The position numbers were made by a program, and so were the translations under genes. 42,616 nt of DNA, taken from positions 3,159,828-3,202,443 of the forward strand of contig CP070827.1 in the NCBI GenBank assembly GCA_020344555.1. Reading direction: 5' to 3'. This DNA comes from Phycisphaerales bacterium. GTDB lineage: Bacteria; Planctomycetota; Phycisphaerae; UBA1845. The notes beneath the pieces are model-generated. The model worked only from the letters and a program-made list of their open reading frames with translations. It did not search any database and had not been told where the DNA came from. Positions 26,733 through 36,417 of the stretch are shown here, in pieces (position 1 is the stretch's first letter; every line of letters begins with the position of its first letter).

Positions 26733-27869
26733 CTAGTCCTCCCGGACGCAGCCCTCATAGGAAGGCCGGCCATAGCCTCCATGGTATAGCAGCGTTGGTA
26801 TGGGCTCGTCCGGCAGTGTGTCCTTCTGCCAACCATCGCCGCGTACGATAATGCACCGGTGCTCCTGTTGGAGCGACGGGTCGTCCGGGTATACGAGTTC
26901 AACCCGGTAGTGGGTCGCGTATCCATCTGCATCTTCCGTCCCTTCGATCCACATCTTCCCCACGCCCGTGTGGCCGTCGGCATACACGTGGTTGAACGTC
27001 CAGTTTTTCCCGTGCCACCCTCGGACTGCCTTTGTGGGACCGGGGTCAATACCGAACATGAAGTCGCATGCCTCCCTGCGGCATGCCCACGCCCATCGCC
27101 CGATGTTCTCCTCGAAGTTGATTGTGCGGGCGGGATTCGGCACGCGCGACAAGGGGCGCAGATACGGAGAGTTGCTCCTCATCCAGCCGCCGCTGGATGA
27201 GGCTGTCATGAAAGTGTTTGCCGCGTAACTGTTGCCGAAGTGGTCGTAGGAAGACTGCCGGGCATGCTCAACCCAATCAGGGCAGTGGGCCCCGCCTGGC
27301 GGCCCGTCGTCCGCCGGGCATCGATACGCCGGCAGTTCCAACTTCGTGTCCTTCGTGGCGATGATCCTGTCGAACCAGGTTCCCTGCCAGGCATCTCGGA
27401 ACCCGCCGGGGTAGAGAATCTCATTCATCGGGCGCGTCGCAGGTCCGAAGCCCGCCTTCGTGCCATACTTGCTGTTCAGCGGATCACCGGGACTCCCCCA
27501 CAGGAAGTCGTCCCGCCCGACTCCACTCTTGCCGCCCCATTCGTAGGCGCCAATGAATATTGGGTTGTAGCAAGGAGTGTCACAGGGTTCGCTCGGACAC
27601 TGGCAAAACTGCAACGGGTGGACCGGAATCCCATAGCCGTTGGGGCACCATTCGGCGTACACGCCGCTGGCGATTCCTATGCTGCGGAGACGCGTGTGGC
27701 ATACTGCGTCCTTGGACCGTTGGCGTGCCACCTCGAGCGACGGGGCGACCGCCCCCACAAGCAGTCCGACGATCACGAGCACGACGAGAAGCTCGATCAA
27801 GGTGAAACCGGGCCGCGCAGCCTCGGGCACCCGTCGCTGGAAAAAACGTGTCGTTACCATGATTGCCAC
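26733..27869 (-). CDS. prepilin-type N-terminal cleavage/methylation domain protein (pseudopilin-like, DUF1559-like)
   Basis: The N-terminus ...RPGFTLIELLVVLVIVGLLVGAV is the class III signal. The body is rich in W, Y and G, as in planctomycete DUF1559 proteins. It ends 85 bp upstream of the next minus-strand gene. Confidence 0.85.
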   Translation of the reverse strand: MAIMVTTRFFQRRVPEAARPGFTLIELLVVLVIVGLLVGAVAPSLEVARQRSKDAVCHTRLRSIGIASGVYAEWCPNGYGIPVHPLQFCQCPSEPCDTPCYNPIFIGAYEWGGKSGVGRDDFLWGSPGDPLNSKYGTKAGFGPATRPMNEILYPGGFRDAWQGTWFDRIIATKDTKLELPAYRCPADDGPPGGAHCPDWVEHARQSSYDHFGNSYAANTFMTASSSGGWMRSNSPYLRPLSRVPNPARTINFEENIGRWAWACRREACDFMFGIDPGPTKAVRGWHGKNWTFNHVYADGHTGVGKMWIEGTEDADGYATHYRVELVYPDDPSLQQEHRCIIVRGDGWQKDTLPDEPIPTLLYHGGYGRPSYEGCVRED

Positions 27870-28267
27870 CCTCCTCGATTTTGAGCGTGGCCGTTACATC
27901 GGTCAGGGATTCGACCGGCAAGACGATCGCCACGCCCGCTCCGTGCTCGCAAGGTCGACGTGAAGCACGCGTTTCCACCCAGACATTTCAAGAGCCGAAT
28001 TCTAACCTGTTCCGGCTTCATTCGCAACCTCGGGTTGGCAAGCGTATCGGTTTGCAGGAATAACCGAGCAATCTGAGACGGTATCTCCGACCGGATGGCA
28101 GGTCCGAGAAAGGCGGTATGGGCAGGCGGATACCGGTTTAGTGAGGGTGGCGGCGGTTGCGCTGCGAGCCACTCCACGGCGAGGTCCACCCACCCATGTT
28201 GGCAGGACTTGACCGTGCCACCCAAGACGGGATGGGCCCGCTACGGGGATGAGGTGGGTGGGCACCC

Positions 28268-28296
28268 TTGATCTATGTGAAGCAGCTTGTTATACT
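28268..28296 (+). promoter_or_regulatory. candidate sigma70-type promoter (TTGATC-17-TATACT)
   Basis: Hexamers read directly, about 70 nt upstream of the ATG at 28368 in the ~500-bp divergent intergenic region. Confidence 0.5.
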
Positions 28297-28367
28297 GGCT
28301 CCTTATTCAGGAGCACTTTGAGTGCGCAAGTTGCTGACATAGCCCTAACAAGTGTGGAGCTCTGATC

Positions 28368-29333
28368 ATGAGGAAGAAGCTTCGAGCCGTCACGCTGATC
28401 GAGTTGGTGGTGCTCGCCGGGGTCGTTACGACGGTCTTGTCCCTGTCGTTCGTGAACCTGGCGCGATTGCGCGAATTGAGCAAGCGTCTCGTGTGCAGCG
28501 TCAACCTTAAGGGTATCGGCGCGGTCACTCAGATCTATGCGCAGGATAACGACGACCAGTGGATGGTTCCACCGTTCAGAATGTCTGCGATAGACCGGTG
28601 GGGTATCGACTACGTGAAGAATGATGAGACCTTCATCTTTCCCCCGCGCGACGAAGGTGAGGTCGGCTGGAACCGGCTGTGGGAAAGCACCTCGGAGACA
28701 CCGTCCTTCCCAAGCAAGGGCAGCACGCAAGTTTCGGTGACGCGGGCATTCTGGATGCTCGTTCGTTCTAGGGACGTGCACGTCAAGCAGTTTGTCTGCC
28801 CCAGCAACTATGACACCCCCGATGAGTCGGAGGCCCTCTCTCTCTACTACGACTTCACGGGATATACGAACATTAGCTACGGTTATCAAGTTCCGTTCGG
28901 CCCAAGAGCCACGCGGCCTCATGTCGGAGCCGATCCCGGCCGCATTCAGGCGGCGGACAAGGGCCCATTTTACCTGCGGACATACTATCCGGATTGGACT
29001 CTCCCAGATCGCAGCCCTATCGATCTGGAGGACCCGGCGATGGCTTGGCGTCCGTTCAACTCGCCCAATCACGGTGGACTCGGCAACGGGGAAGGGCAGA
29101 ACTGCTTGTTCCCCGATGCAAGTGTGTGCTTCCACTCGATACCGGCCGTGGGTGTAGACAACGATAACATTTATACGGTCATGACCGAAGAGTGGGGTAC
29201 GCTCCAAGGCTTCAACCGCATCCACGGGGACACGGTTCACACGTCTCCTATCACATACCCCTATCCGGGGCAGAACGTCTTTGGCCAGGGCCCGAACATG
29301 TTCGCTTCTACCGACACGTTGATATATCCGTAG
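28368..29333 (+). CDS. prepilin-type N-terminal cleavage/methylation domain protein (pseudopilin-like, DUF1559-like)
   Basis: The N-terminus MRKKLRAVTLIELVVLAGVVTTVLSL is followed by the conserved CxxNLKxIG block (CSVNLKGIGAV), which is common in DUF1559 proteins. Confidence 0.85.
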   Translation: MRKKLRAVTLIELVVLAGVVTTVLSLSFVNLARLRELSKRLVCSVNLKGIGAVTQIYAQDNDDQWMVPPFRMSAIDRWGIDYVKNDETFIFPPRDEGEVGWNRLWESTSETPSFPSKGSTQVSVTRAFWMLVRSRDVHVKQFVCPSNYDTPDESEALSLYYDFTGYTNISYGYQVPFGPRATRPHVGADPGRIQAADKGPFYLRTYYPDWTLPDRSPIDLEDPAMAWRPFNSPNHGGLGNGEGQNCLFPDASVCFHSIPAVGVDNDNIYTVMTEEWGTLQGFNRIHGDTVHTSPITYPYPGQNVFGQGPNMFASTDTLIYP

Positions 29334-29408
29334 CCCGATCATGCCTCGAACCATGCAAGAACAAGCCAGGCGGCAGCATCCCAGGCGGTGTGGGAAGGAG
29401 CGTCGGCC

Positions 29409-32400
29409 ATGAGGTGCAAACTGATCCAGGCCGCTCTTATCGGGCTGTTGTCCAGGGGCCAGGGCCTGGCGGGGGTGCTTTTAGCGGGTACGGTCGCCTT
29501 TGCTCACGGACAATCGTCTTCAGCATTCGCTCCGCAGGCAGCGCTGGATAGGGGTAGCAGCTCCAGCCATCCGGTCATCCCTGATGGTGGGATCTGGACG
29601 GAGCCACCCGTCCTGCTCTCTCCCGATGCTCCCGTGCACCGCGTCGTTGTCCGCGGGGGGCCCGGTGACGGTACCGTGGTCAGTAGGGTGGCCAGCAGGC
29701 TGGAGACGACCTGCGAGGGAGACCCAAGTGCGGTCTACTGCAATACGTTGGGTTCCACAACGTTCGGGCCGCCAGACAACCTGGCAGGCGCAGGGATAGG
29801 GGATGATATCGCCCTGGCGAGTGTCGGTGGATGCATCCTGGACCGCTACGTGATTCGAGTTACAGGCGATAAGGATCGCGACGGCTCCGGTGTGGCTCTT
29901 GGGGCCTACACGGTCAACTTTGGTCTTTACGAGATGTGTCCGGGTGCCGGTGCTGACCATCCGATCGAAGGAACCGCAGATCAGGTCACGGTTCCTGCTG
30001 AGGAAGCCGGCATCATTAAGGAAATCGTATTCGAGCCACCAGGCCGGGTGGAACTGCCACCCAGTCTGTACCTGGGCGTAAGCTTCAGCCGAGAGAGATG
30101 CGGCGTGGTTATGGGCTCCCCGGCCACGTTGGGCTACTCCGCTGATCGGTTCGACTTTCCAGGGTCTCCTTGTTCCTCGACACTCGGTGGTTTTCCCGAA
30201 GCTCCCCATGCCAGCTTCTATGCCGAGATTTACACCGAGGGTGACTGCCCGGATGCGTTCGTGGGCTACAAGAACACCAACCACGCCGGCGACTACTACA
30301 CCCCAGGTATTCGAGTGTGGTTTGCGGATGATGTTCGATTGGGTGTTGCCGAATGCAACATGGTGGCTTACGAGATCGCTCACAAAGGTGATGGCATCAT
30401 CGGCGTTGACCTTCGGAGCTTTCTCAGCGACACCGATCCCAGCCGCGGCGGTCTGATTCCCGGCACTCAACTGGACTGCTTCTCCAGCGGGAGCGACGTG
30501 CAGGTTTGCCGCAAGGAGTTCGACACGCCGATCCCGCTTCCCGAATCAAGTTTCTATGTCGCCTACCAGGCCAACAGCAGCTCCGTCGGTCCTCTTGTCA
30601 CCTGTAAGCAGGCAAGCGTCGGAAGCACAGAGGACTTGTGGGCCGTTTACGACGGTGGCCAGTGGCGGCTCGCTGATTTCGGCGACACGTGTTATTCCGG
30701 TTTTGAGATAACAATCACGTGTGAGGGTCCCCCACCCGCAGGCGCCTGCTGCGACATGATTCTGACTGACCACGCGGGTGAGTCCGTGTGCCGCGAGCTG
30801 CCTCAGATGAATTGCGCATTCCCTCAACTGTGGCAGGAAGGAGCACTATGCGAGTCGGCTTGCCTCGGCGGCGAGAGAGATGGGCAGCCGTGCACGCGGC
30901 AGGCCGATTGCCCGGAAGGCGACTGCCCCGGGCCGTTTGAGCACCCCTGCGGGCTCTCCGCCTGTTGCACGCCGGACCTGGACTGTTTTGATCTGACTGA
31001 GAACGAGTGCCATGACCTGCTTCCCGCTCCCGATTTGCGAATCTACCAGCGAGGACAGTATTGTGGGGACGAGTGCCAACGCTGTCCTACTGATGCCTGC
31101 CTCGGGCGGGCGGGGAATTGCACTGCAGCCTCGCAAGGTCTTTGTATCGGTGGAAGCCAGGAGGGGGAGCCGTGCGACTTCGGCTTGCCCTGCCGCGAGT
31201 CCCTGTGTTGTATCGGCGGAGGTACATGTACGGGCGAGCCGGGCTGTGGCGACCAGATTTGCTGCACCGATGTGTGCGCCGTTGACGAGTTCTGCTGTAC
31301 GGTTCATTGGGATGAGGTATGTGCGTCGCTTGCCGAGTCCGTCTGCGTGTGCAGCTACGGATCAAACGACGAGTGTTTCAGTCCGCTCCCCAACCGGGGA
31401 GCCTACTTGCTCAACGTGCCCAGCGTCACGCAGATCGATTTGACAGACGCCACCGAAGACGCCGAAGATCCCGGCTTCTGTTGCCATTTGCAGGAACCGG
31501 GCGCGCAGGGTGTTGGCACTCGATGGTACAAATTCGTGGCCCCGTCACCCGTAGGGGCGGCGGGCGAACCTCCGTCGGTCAAGTTGAGCCTGCGCAACAT
31601 CAGCGGTTCGTCGGATCGCCAGGCCGGCGACTCGCTGATGGCCGTGTTTACGGCATCCGATCCGGATCGAGGGCTGTGCTCTGACCTCTCCGTATGCAGC
31701 GTATCCGCCCAGGATTGCGCCGATGAGTCACCCTGCATGTTGGACGAAGAGACGGCCTGCGAGACGCTCATTACTACTGCCTGCAACGATGATGCGACGG
31801 CCTCGGGCGCGACCGCTCAGGCATTACAGTCAGGGAACTCCGAAGTGTGTGTCCCGGCGCTTGTACCGGGTCATACGTACTATGTCATGGTCGCAGCGAA
31901 GACCGAGGTGAATCGAGGTTATTATACGCTGACGGTCACACATCATTGCTCAGTTACGCCGTCCGACACTGTGCCTGATTGCGACGCCGATGGGCTGCCG
32001 GATGTGTGTAAGCTGCCGCCGCTCGGATCCAGTACAGACTGTAATGCAAACAGCATTCCTGACGAGTGCGATGTGGTGGTGGCCAACAACTGCTGTGAGA
32101 CCGGCCACGGAGCCGGTTGCAGCCATCCGGATATTGAAGAGTGTGTTTGTGAATACGATCCCTACTGCTGTGACACAGAGTGGATTGGTTCTTGCGTTTA
32201 CCTGGTGAACCACTACGGTTGCGGTGACTGCACTGCGCCTGCAAGCAACGATTGCAACGCCAATGAAGTTCCTGACGAATGTGATCTGGCCGACGGCACC
32301 TTGCACGACGCAGATGGCAATGGTATTGCCGACGAATGCCAACCAGGGAAACTCGCCTCCGTCAAATGCTGCATTTCTGAAAAGGATCTCATCAGGATCG

Positions 32401-33110
32401 GTTTATGCTTGTCCGGCCCGGGCGATACAAACATCCCGTCCGCCTGTGGTTCCATAGGAACCTGTGTTCTGGGGTTTGCTGAACAGGGGCTTATCATTGA
32501 GGAGGTGTGCGACCCGGAGGACCCGGAGATACCGGACGAACCGAGAGCAGTGTGCATATCGTGGGCTGCGCGGGAGGCGTCGATCAAGCAGGAGTGCGTG
32601 GCATCCCCCAACACGGATTTCAGCCTTTTTGAAACGTTGGACGCCGATCAGGATGGCGACTTGGACCTGCGGGACATGGCCGCGTTCCAGCGCACCTATG
32701 AGTCAGTACCGAAGGAGGTCCAAAGCGGCGCAAGGCTGGTGTTCGTCGAGTGCTGCGTTCCGGCAGCCGGCATGGGCGTTGGACAGAAGCGGGTCTCCGG
32801 TGCGGACGTTGCCAAGGACGCGGTCGCAGCCGGCTCCCAACCGGTTTGCACCCTTGGCTTTTCCGGGATGATCGAGCCCGGCGATTATCTGTATGAATTG
32901 TGTCGTCCCGGGACCACGCCCAAGCCCCCAGAAGGCTCGACCTGCGTCTCATGGAGCGCCGAAGATGTCCCGATTGCGTTCCTCTGCGAAGGGGCCGGCG
33001 TCTGCGAGTACAGATGCCCCACCGGGGATGACGGGAGCACCGACCCCGAAGGATGTTTCGCAGATTTTGCCGGTCTGGAAGGTCCGTCCGAAGCCCTATC
33101 ACCAGAGTAG
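29409..33110 (+). CDS. very large secreted modular Cys-rich protein with CNANxxPDECD repeats and a dockerin/EF-hand-like motif
   Basis: ORF from GTG 29388. The ATG at 29409 has AAGGAG 8 nt upstream. Signal-like MRCKLIQAALIGLLS... Motifs include GACCD, two copies of the VCxxDxxCCxxxW module, DCNANSIPDECD and DCNANEVPDECD, LDADQDGDLDLRDMAAFQ, and an NDECFSPLP module like those in 24839..26647. Confidence 0.85.
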   Translation: MRCKLIQAALIGLLSRGQGLAGVLLAGTVAFAHGQSSSAFAPQAALDRGSSSSHPVIPDGGIWTEPPVLLSPDAPVHRVVVRGGPGDGTVVSRVASRLETTCEGDPSAVYCNTLGSTTFGPPDNLAGAGIGDDIALASVGGCILDRYVIRVTGDKDRDGSGVALGAYTVNFGLYEMCPGAGADHPIEGTADQVTVPAEEAGIIKEIVFEPPGRVELPPSLYLGVSFSRERCGVVMGSPATLGYSADRFDFPGSPCSSTLGGFPEAPHASFYAEIYTEGDCPDAFVGYKNTNHAGDYYTPGIRVWFADDVRLGVAECNMVAYEIAHKGDGIIGVDLRSFLSDTDPSRGGLIPGTQLDCFSSGSDVQVCRKEFDTPIPLPESSFYVAYQANSSSVGPLVTCKQASVGSTEDLWAVYDGGQWRLADFGDTCYSGFEITITCEGPPPAGACCDMILTDHAGESVCRELPQMNCAFPQLWQEGALCESACLGGERDGQPCTRQADCPEGDCPGPFEHPCGLSACCTPDLDCFDLTENECHDLLPAPDLRIYQRGQYCGDECQRCPTDACLGRAGNCTAASQGLCIGGSQEGEPCDFGLPCRESLCCIGGGTCTGEPGCGDQICCTDVCAVDEFCCTVHWDEVCASLAESVCVCSYGSNDECFSPLPNRGAYLLNVPSVTQIDLTDATEDAEDPGFCCHLQEPGAQGVGTRWYKFVAPSPVGAAGEPPSVKLSLRNISGSSDRQAGDSLMAVFTASDPDRGLCSDLSVCSVSAQDCADESPCMLDEETACETLITTACNDDATASGATAQALQSGNSEVCVPALVPGHTYYVMVAAKTEVNRGYYTLTVTHHCSVTPSDTVPDCDADGLPDVCKLPPLGSSTDCNANSIPDECDVVVANNCCETGHGAGCSHPDIEECVCEYDPYCCDTEWIGSCVYLVNHYGCGDCTAPASNDCNANEVPDECDLADGTLHDADGNGIADECQPGKLASVKCCISEKDLIRIGLCLSGPGDTNIPSACGSIGTCVLGFAEQGLIIEEVCDPEDPEIPDEPRAVCISWAAREASIKQECVASPNTDFSLFETLDADQDGDLDLRDMAAFQRTYESVPKEVQSGARLVFVECCVPAAGMGVGQKRVSGADVAKDAVAAGSQPVCTLGFSGMIEPGDYLYELCRPGTTPKPPEGSTCVSWSAEDVPIAFLCEGAGVCEYRCPTGDDGSTDPEGCFADFAGLEGPSEALSPE

Positions 33111-33385
33111 CAGGCGGCGGATCGCTCCGACGGCGCCTCAACCCGGCTCGCCACAGGGGCCGTGCTCCGAGGGTGCTGACGCGGCCGGCCCTTCTCACGC
33201 CTAACGCCCGGTCAGTAGGCGGGTCTAAACCTCACGATTGCGAATATTTGGCCGCCTGATCCGAATCCACGGATACGTGGCTTTTTGCCTGGTTGATGTT
33301 TCTATGCGTTTGCCCCTCGGCGTAGGCCTCTTGAGAGAGGCAACGCCGACCGCATCGTCACCCTTAGCTTATTGGAGGCTTCAAG

Positions 33386-35650
33386 ATGTACTCGATGTCA
33401 GTCGTCAAGCACTTATTGGCCGGATTCCTGATTCTGCTGGTCGGCAATACGGATGTCGTCCCGGCCGGTTCGGCACGGAGCACCTTCTATCAGGCCTACT
33501 ACACCGAGCAGGCTGAGGGTGATTGGGCTGCCGCGGCTGAGCTGTACGAGCAGGTGGCCGCTGACCGCCGTGCGGATGCCGGCCTTCGTTCGCAGGCCAA
33601 GGCACGGCTGGGGGCCTGTCGCGAAGAGCTGGCCAGCACCGATTTCGCCCGGCTCATGCCCCCGGAAGCGTGGGCCTATGTGGAGATCAAGCGCCCCGGC
33701 GACCAACTGGTGAAGCTGCTCGAGCAACTCGGCCTGTTGGCACAAGCCGGTCAAGTCCCGGCCGAGGGCGAGAGACGTGTGGCCATCAGCCCCGCCCTGA
33801 TAAAGGGTCTCAGCATCGGTGGCGCGGCCGCTGCCATAACCGGGTTCAATATTCCGACCCAGACTCCGTACGGTGTCCTGGTGTTTCACCCTGGTGACCT
33901 TGAGGTCGTTCGAGGCCTGATCGAGACCGGGCTGCCGGTCGGCGGGCAGGTGGTTGAACCGATTGGAGGATTCGCCACCTATAACGTTGAGGGACAGGCC
34001 TTTGTCACGCTTACGTCTCGACTCGTGGTCGTCAGCACGCAGCGCAGTCAGATCCAGGAAGTCATCGATCGCCTCAGCGGCGCCAAGGAGCTTTCACTTG
34101 CCAGCAGCGGCGTCATGGGCGACGTGCTCAAGAACCGCGACGACTCACTGTTACTCTTTTTCGTCAATGCCAAGGCTTTCATGCCCCATCTCAAAGGCAT
34201 GATGGGCGTCGGTGCCATGGCCAACCATGAGCTGGCGATGGCCCAGGCCGTTCTGGACATCGAGAGCTTCCACTCGTTGATGGGCAATCTCGGTGTCAGT
34301 GACGACGGGCTTTTCATCGATTTCGCTTTACGTTTGGACGAGGGCCATCACAACCTGGTATATAACTTCCTCCGCACACCGGCCATCAACCCGGAGACGC
34401 TCAAATCCGTGCCCGAAGGCGTGGCCGGCGTATTCGTGGGTGCGCTGAACGAAAGCGTCTCCCGCTATGGCACTGCCTCGTCCCGCACCACTGATACACC
34501 GCCGATCGTAACAGCCCTGGATCTGGGCCGCGAGGTGTTCGCCAATATCACCACCTTCGCGGTCTTCGCTCTGCCGCCGGACGGTTCTCCGAGCAAGAGC
34601 GGCCCGCCTATACCGGATGTGGCCGCGGTGATCACCGTCAACGATCCGGCAAAGTCCGAGGCCCTTTGGACGCAAGCGCTCAGCCTGGCCGCCCTGGCAA
34701 CCGGGGTGCCTGCAGCAGCGGGATCATCCGAAGAGATTGAGGGCGTCACTGTGCACGGCTATCGATTGCCCGAGAACATCACGATCTACTTCGCCACCTC
34801 GGGCAACGATGTGCTCATTGCCACCAGCAAGAGAGCCATGGTTGACACCCTCGGGGCCAGGGGGAAAGGCAGCTCGATTCTCAACGATGAGGCATTCGCA
34901 GCAAGCGTGGGGCGGCTCACCTCGGACAGCACACAGGCAATCTTCGCCCACGCCGGCCGCTGCGCCGCCATCGCCAAGCAGTTCATGTCCGAGCGTGATC
35001 TGGCCGAGGCCGGGCCGGTCTTTGAAATCCTTTCCGACACTTCCCTCACTGTTGTGGAGGACCATTCCGGCGAGGTGTACCGCGTGTCGACTATGGTGAG
35101 CGGAATTCCCGATATCGGCGACTTCGTGGCCAAGATGCTCACCGCCGAGTACCACAAAAAGGAAGTTGACAAGCGTCTCACCGGGGCGATGCGCACAGGC
35201 AGGTGGGATGAGGCCTTGGGAACCGTCGACGCCCAACTGCGCGACGATCCAGGTAGTCGCAAGCTGATGGAGGCCAAGTTCAAAATCCTGGCAACCGGGA
35301 AGAAGGATCATGATGCGGCCCTGGCCGTCGCCGAGAAAGTCTTCGAGAAAATTCGCGATGACGCCAAGACCCTAAACACCTACGCGTGGCGCTTGCTCAC
35401 CAAAGACCAGTATGGCGACGCCTACAACAAGCTGGCCCTGAAGTTCTCCGAGAGGTCCAACGAACTCACTGACTACAAGAACTGGATGTACGTGGACACA
35501 CTGGCCCTTGCCAAATTCAAGACCGGGGACGCGCCAAGCGCCGTCGAGCTGGAGAAAAAGGCCATCGAGCTGTGCGGCGACTGCTGGGGCCTGAAGGACA
35601 TGAAGAAAGCGGTGACCCGGTTCGAGACTGGCGCAGGCGAAGAGCACTAA
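33386..35650 (+). CDS. secreted hypothetical protein with TPR-like ends
   Basis: 754-aa ORF. A GGAGG-containing RBS sits upstream. Signal/anchor VVKHLLAGFLILLVG. It has an N-terminal TPR-like helix pair (YYTEQAEGDWAAAAELYEQVAA) and a C-terminal helical-repeat region. No family was assigned. Confidence 0.7.
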   Translation: MYSMSVVKHLLAGFLILLVGNTDVVPAGSARSTFYQAYYTEQAEGDWAAAAELYEQVAADRRADAGLRSQAKARLGACREELASTDFARLMPPEAWAYVEIKRPGDQLVKLLEQLGLLAQAGQVPAEGERRVAISPALIKGLSIGGAAAAITGFNIPTQTPYGVLVFHPGDLEVVRGLIETGLPVGGQVVEPIGGFATYNVEGQAFVTLTSRLVVVSTQRSQIQEVIDRLSGAKELSLASSGVMGDVLKNRDDSLLLFFVNAKAFMPHLKGMMGVGAMANHELAMAQAVLDIESFHSLMGNLGVSDDGLFIDFALRLDEGHHNLVYNFLRTPAINPETLKSVPEGVAGVFVGALNESVSRYGTASSRTTDTPPIVTALDLGREVFANITTFAVFALPPDGSPSKSGPPIPDVAAVITVNDPAKSEALWTQALSLAALATGVPAAAGSSEEIEGVTVHGYRLPENITIYFATSGNDVLIATSKRAMVDTLGARGKGSSILNDEAFAASVGRLTSDSTQAIFAHAGRCAAIAKQFMSERDLAEAGPVFEILSDTSLTVVEDHSGEVYRVSTMVSGIPDIGDFVAKMLTAEYHKKEVDKRLTGAMRTGRWDEALGTVDAQLRDDPGSRKLMEAKFKILATGKKDHDAALAVAEKVFEKIRDDAKTLNTYAWRLLTKDQYGDAYNKLALKFSERSNELTDYKNWMYVDTLALAKFKTGDAPSAVELEKKAIELCGDCWGLKDMKKAVTRFETGAGEEH

Positions 35651-35716
35651 CACCGTCTGACACAACCTGCAGATGGTACAGGCTTTCTACATCCATCTGA
35701 AACTGGTCAGGCGTAG

Positions 35717-35784
35717 CGCAGGCTGGAAGTCCCGATGCGTCTTCGTCCCGGCTCGTCGGGATACATCGGGACTTCCAGCCTGCG
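35717..35784. repeat. long perfect hairpin (21-bp stem, 26-nt loop) carrying the TCCCGAT/ATCGGGA core
   Basis: GCAGGCTGGAAGTCCCGATG at 35718-35737 is the exact reverse complement of 35764-35783, with one further C-G pair. No U-tract follows on the plus strand. It lies 67 nt after the stop of 33386..35650. Confidence 0.7.
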
Positions 35785-36074
35785 AGCTTACGAGCAAGTG
35801 AAGACTAGGCAAGATGCCTGCGGCACACATGCACGCAACAGAGGCACGCGCGCTCCAGACGCCCGCAGCCGATCCCGGCCGGATGCCCCACTTCCTTTGC
35901 AGCTGGGGGAGGCGATGATCGTGGGCGGGCCGCATGATCAGATGATCGGCCAGCTTCCGTCCCAGTCCATTTTCAGCACCGATTCGTCCCCGGACTCGTA
36001 GTAGCGATCCCGGCGCGCCGGGACTCCAAGGCCAATGCTCAGTGCGATCACCAACTGACCCCGCTGCCCTCCGC

Positions 36075-36172
36075 AGAGGACGGCGTCGCTCCCTCACGGT
36101 CGCCGTTCGGATTCGCCACTGGCCATTCTGCATGCGTGGGCATGGGCCTGAGCGTAGATCATCGTTTCTCCT
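36075..36172 (+). repeat. dispersed ~97-bp repeat, copy A
   Basis: AGAGGACGGCGTCGCTCCCTCACGGTCGCCGTTCGGATTCGCCACTGGCCATTCTGCATGCGTGGGCATGGGCCTGAGCGTAGATCATCGTTTCTCC. By eye it is about 90 percent identical to 37562-37656, in the same orientation. Confidence 0.85.
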
Positions 36173-36387
36173 CAGTGTCCAAGGAGCATGGGACTGTCCA
36201 AGTTCGTGTGCGGTGCACAGAAGTGACAGCCCGGTGTCCTTTCTGCCACTCTCCTGACAGGGTCGGCATAGTTATGGGGCGGAGGCGAAGCCGGGTTTTG
36301 TGTCTATAACATGTGGTGTTGCTTGCCGGCGGATGGCATGCCTCAGTCGAATCATGGATGCTGGCCCGGTAACTGGGAGACCTCGTC

Positions 36388-36417
36388 TTGACAGCGAAGA
36401 CCGGCATGCGCTACACT
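36388..36417 (+). promoter_or_regulatory. candidate sigma70-type promoter (TTGACA-18-TACACT)
   Basis: Hexamers read directly. It lies about 160 nt upstream of the GTG start at 36577, which implies a long leader. Confidence 0.5.

Noticed and set aside
28290-30470. Minus-strand ORFs of 354 aa and 316 aa
   Set aside because: They are antisense to the pseudopilin-like gene and to the 1240-aa gene. The plus-strand products have class III signal and Cys-module features.
35687-36133. A 148-aa minus-strand ORF in the 33386/36577 intergenic region
   Set aside because: It runs through the long hairpin and repeat copy A, is Arg/Gly-rich and has no RBS. It is more likely non-coding repeat DNA.
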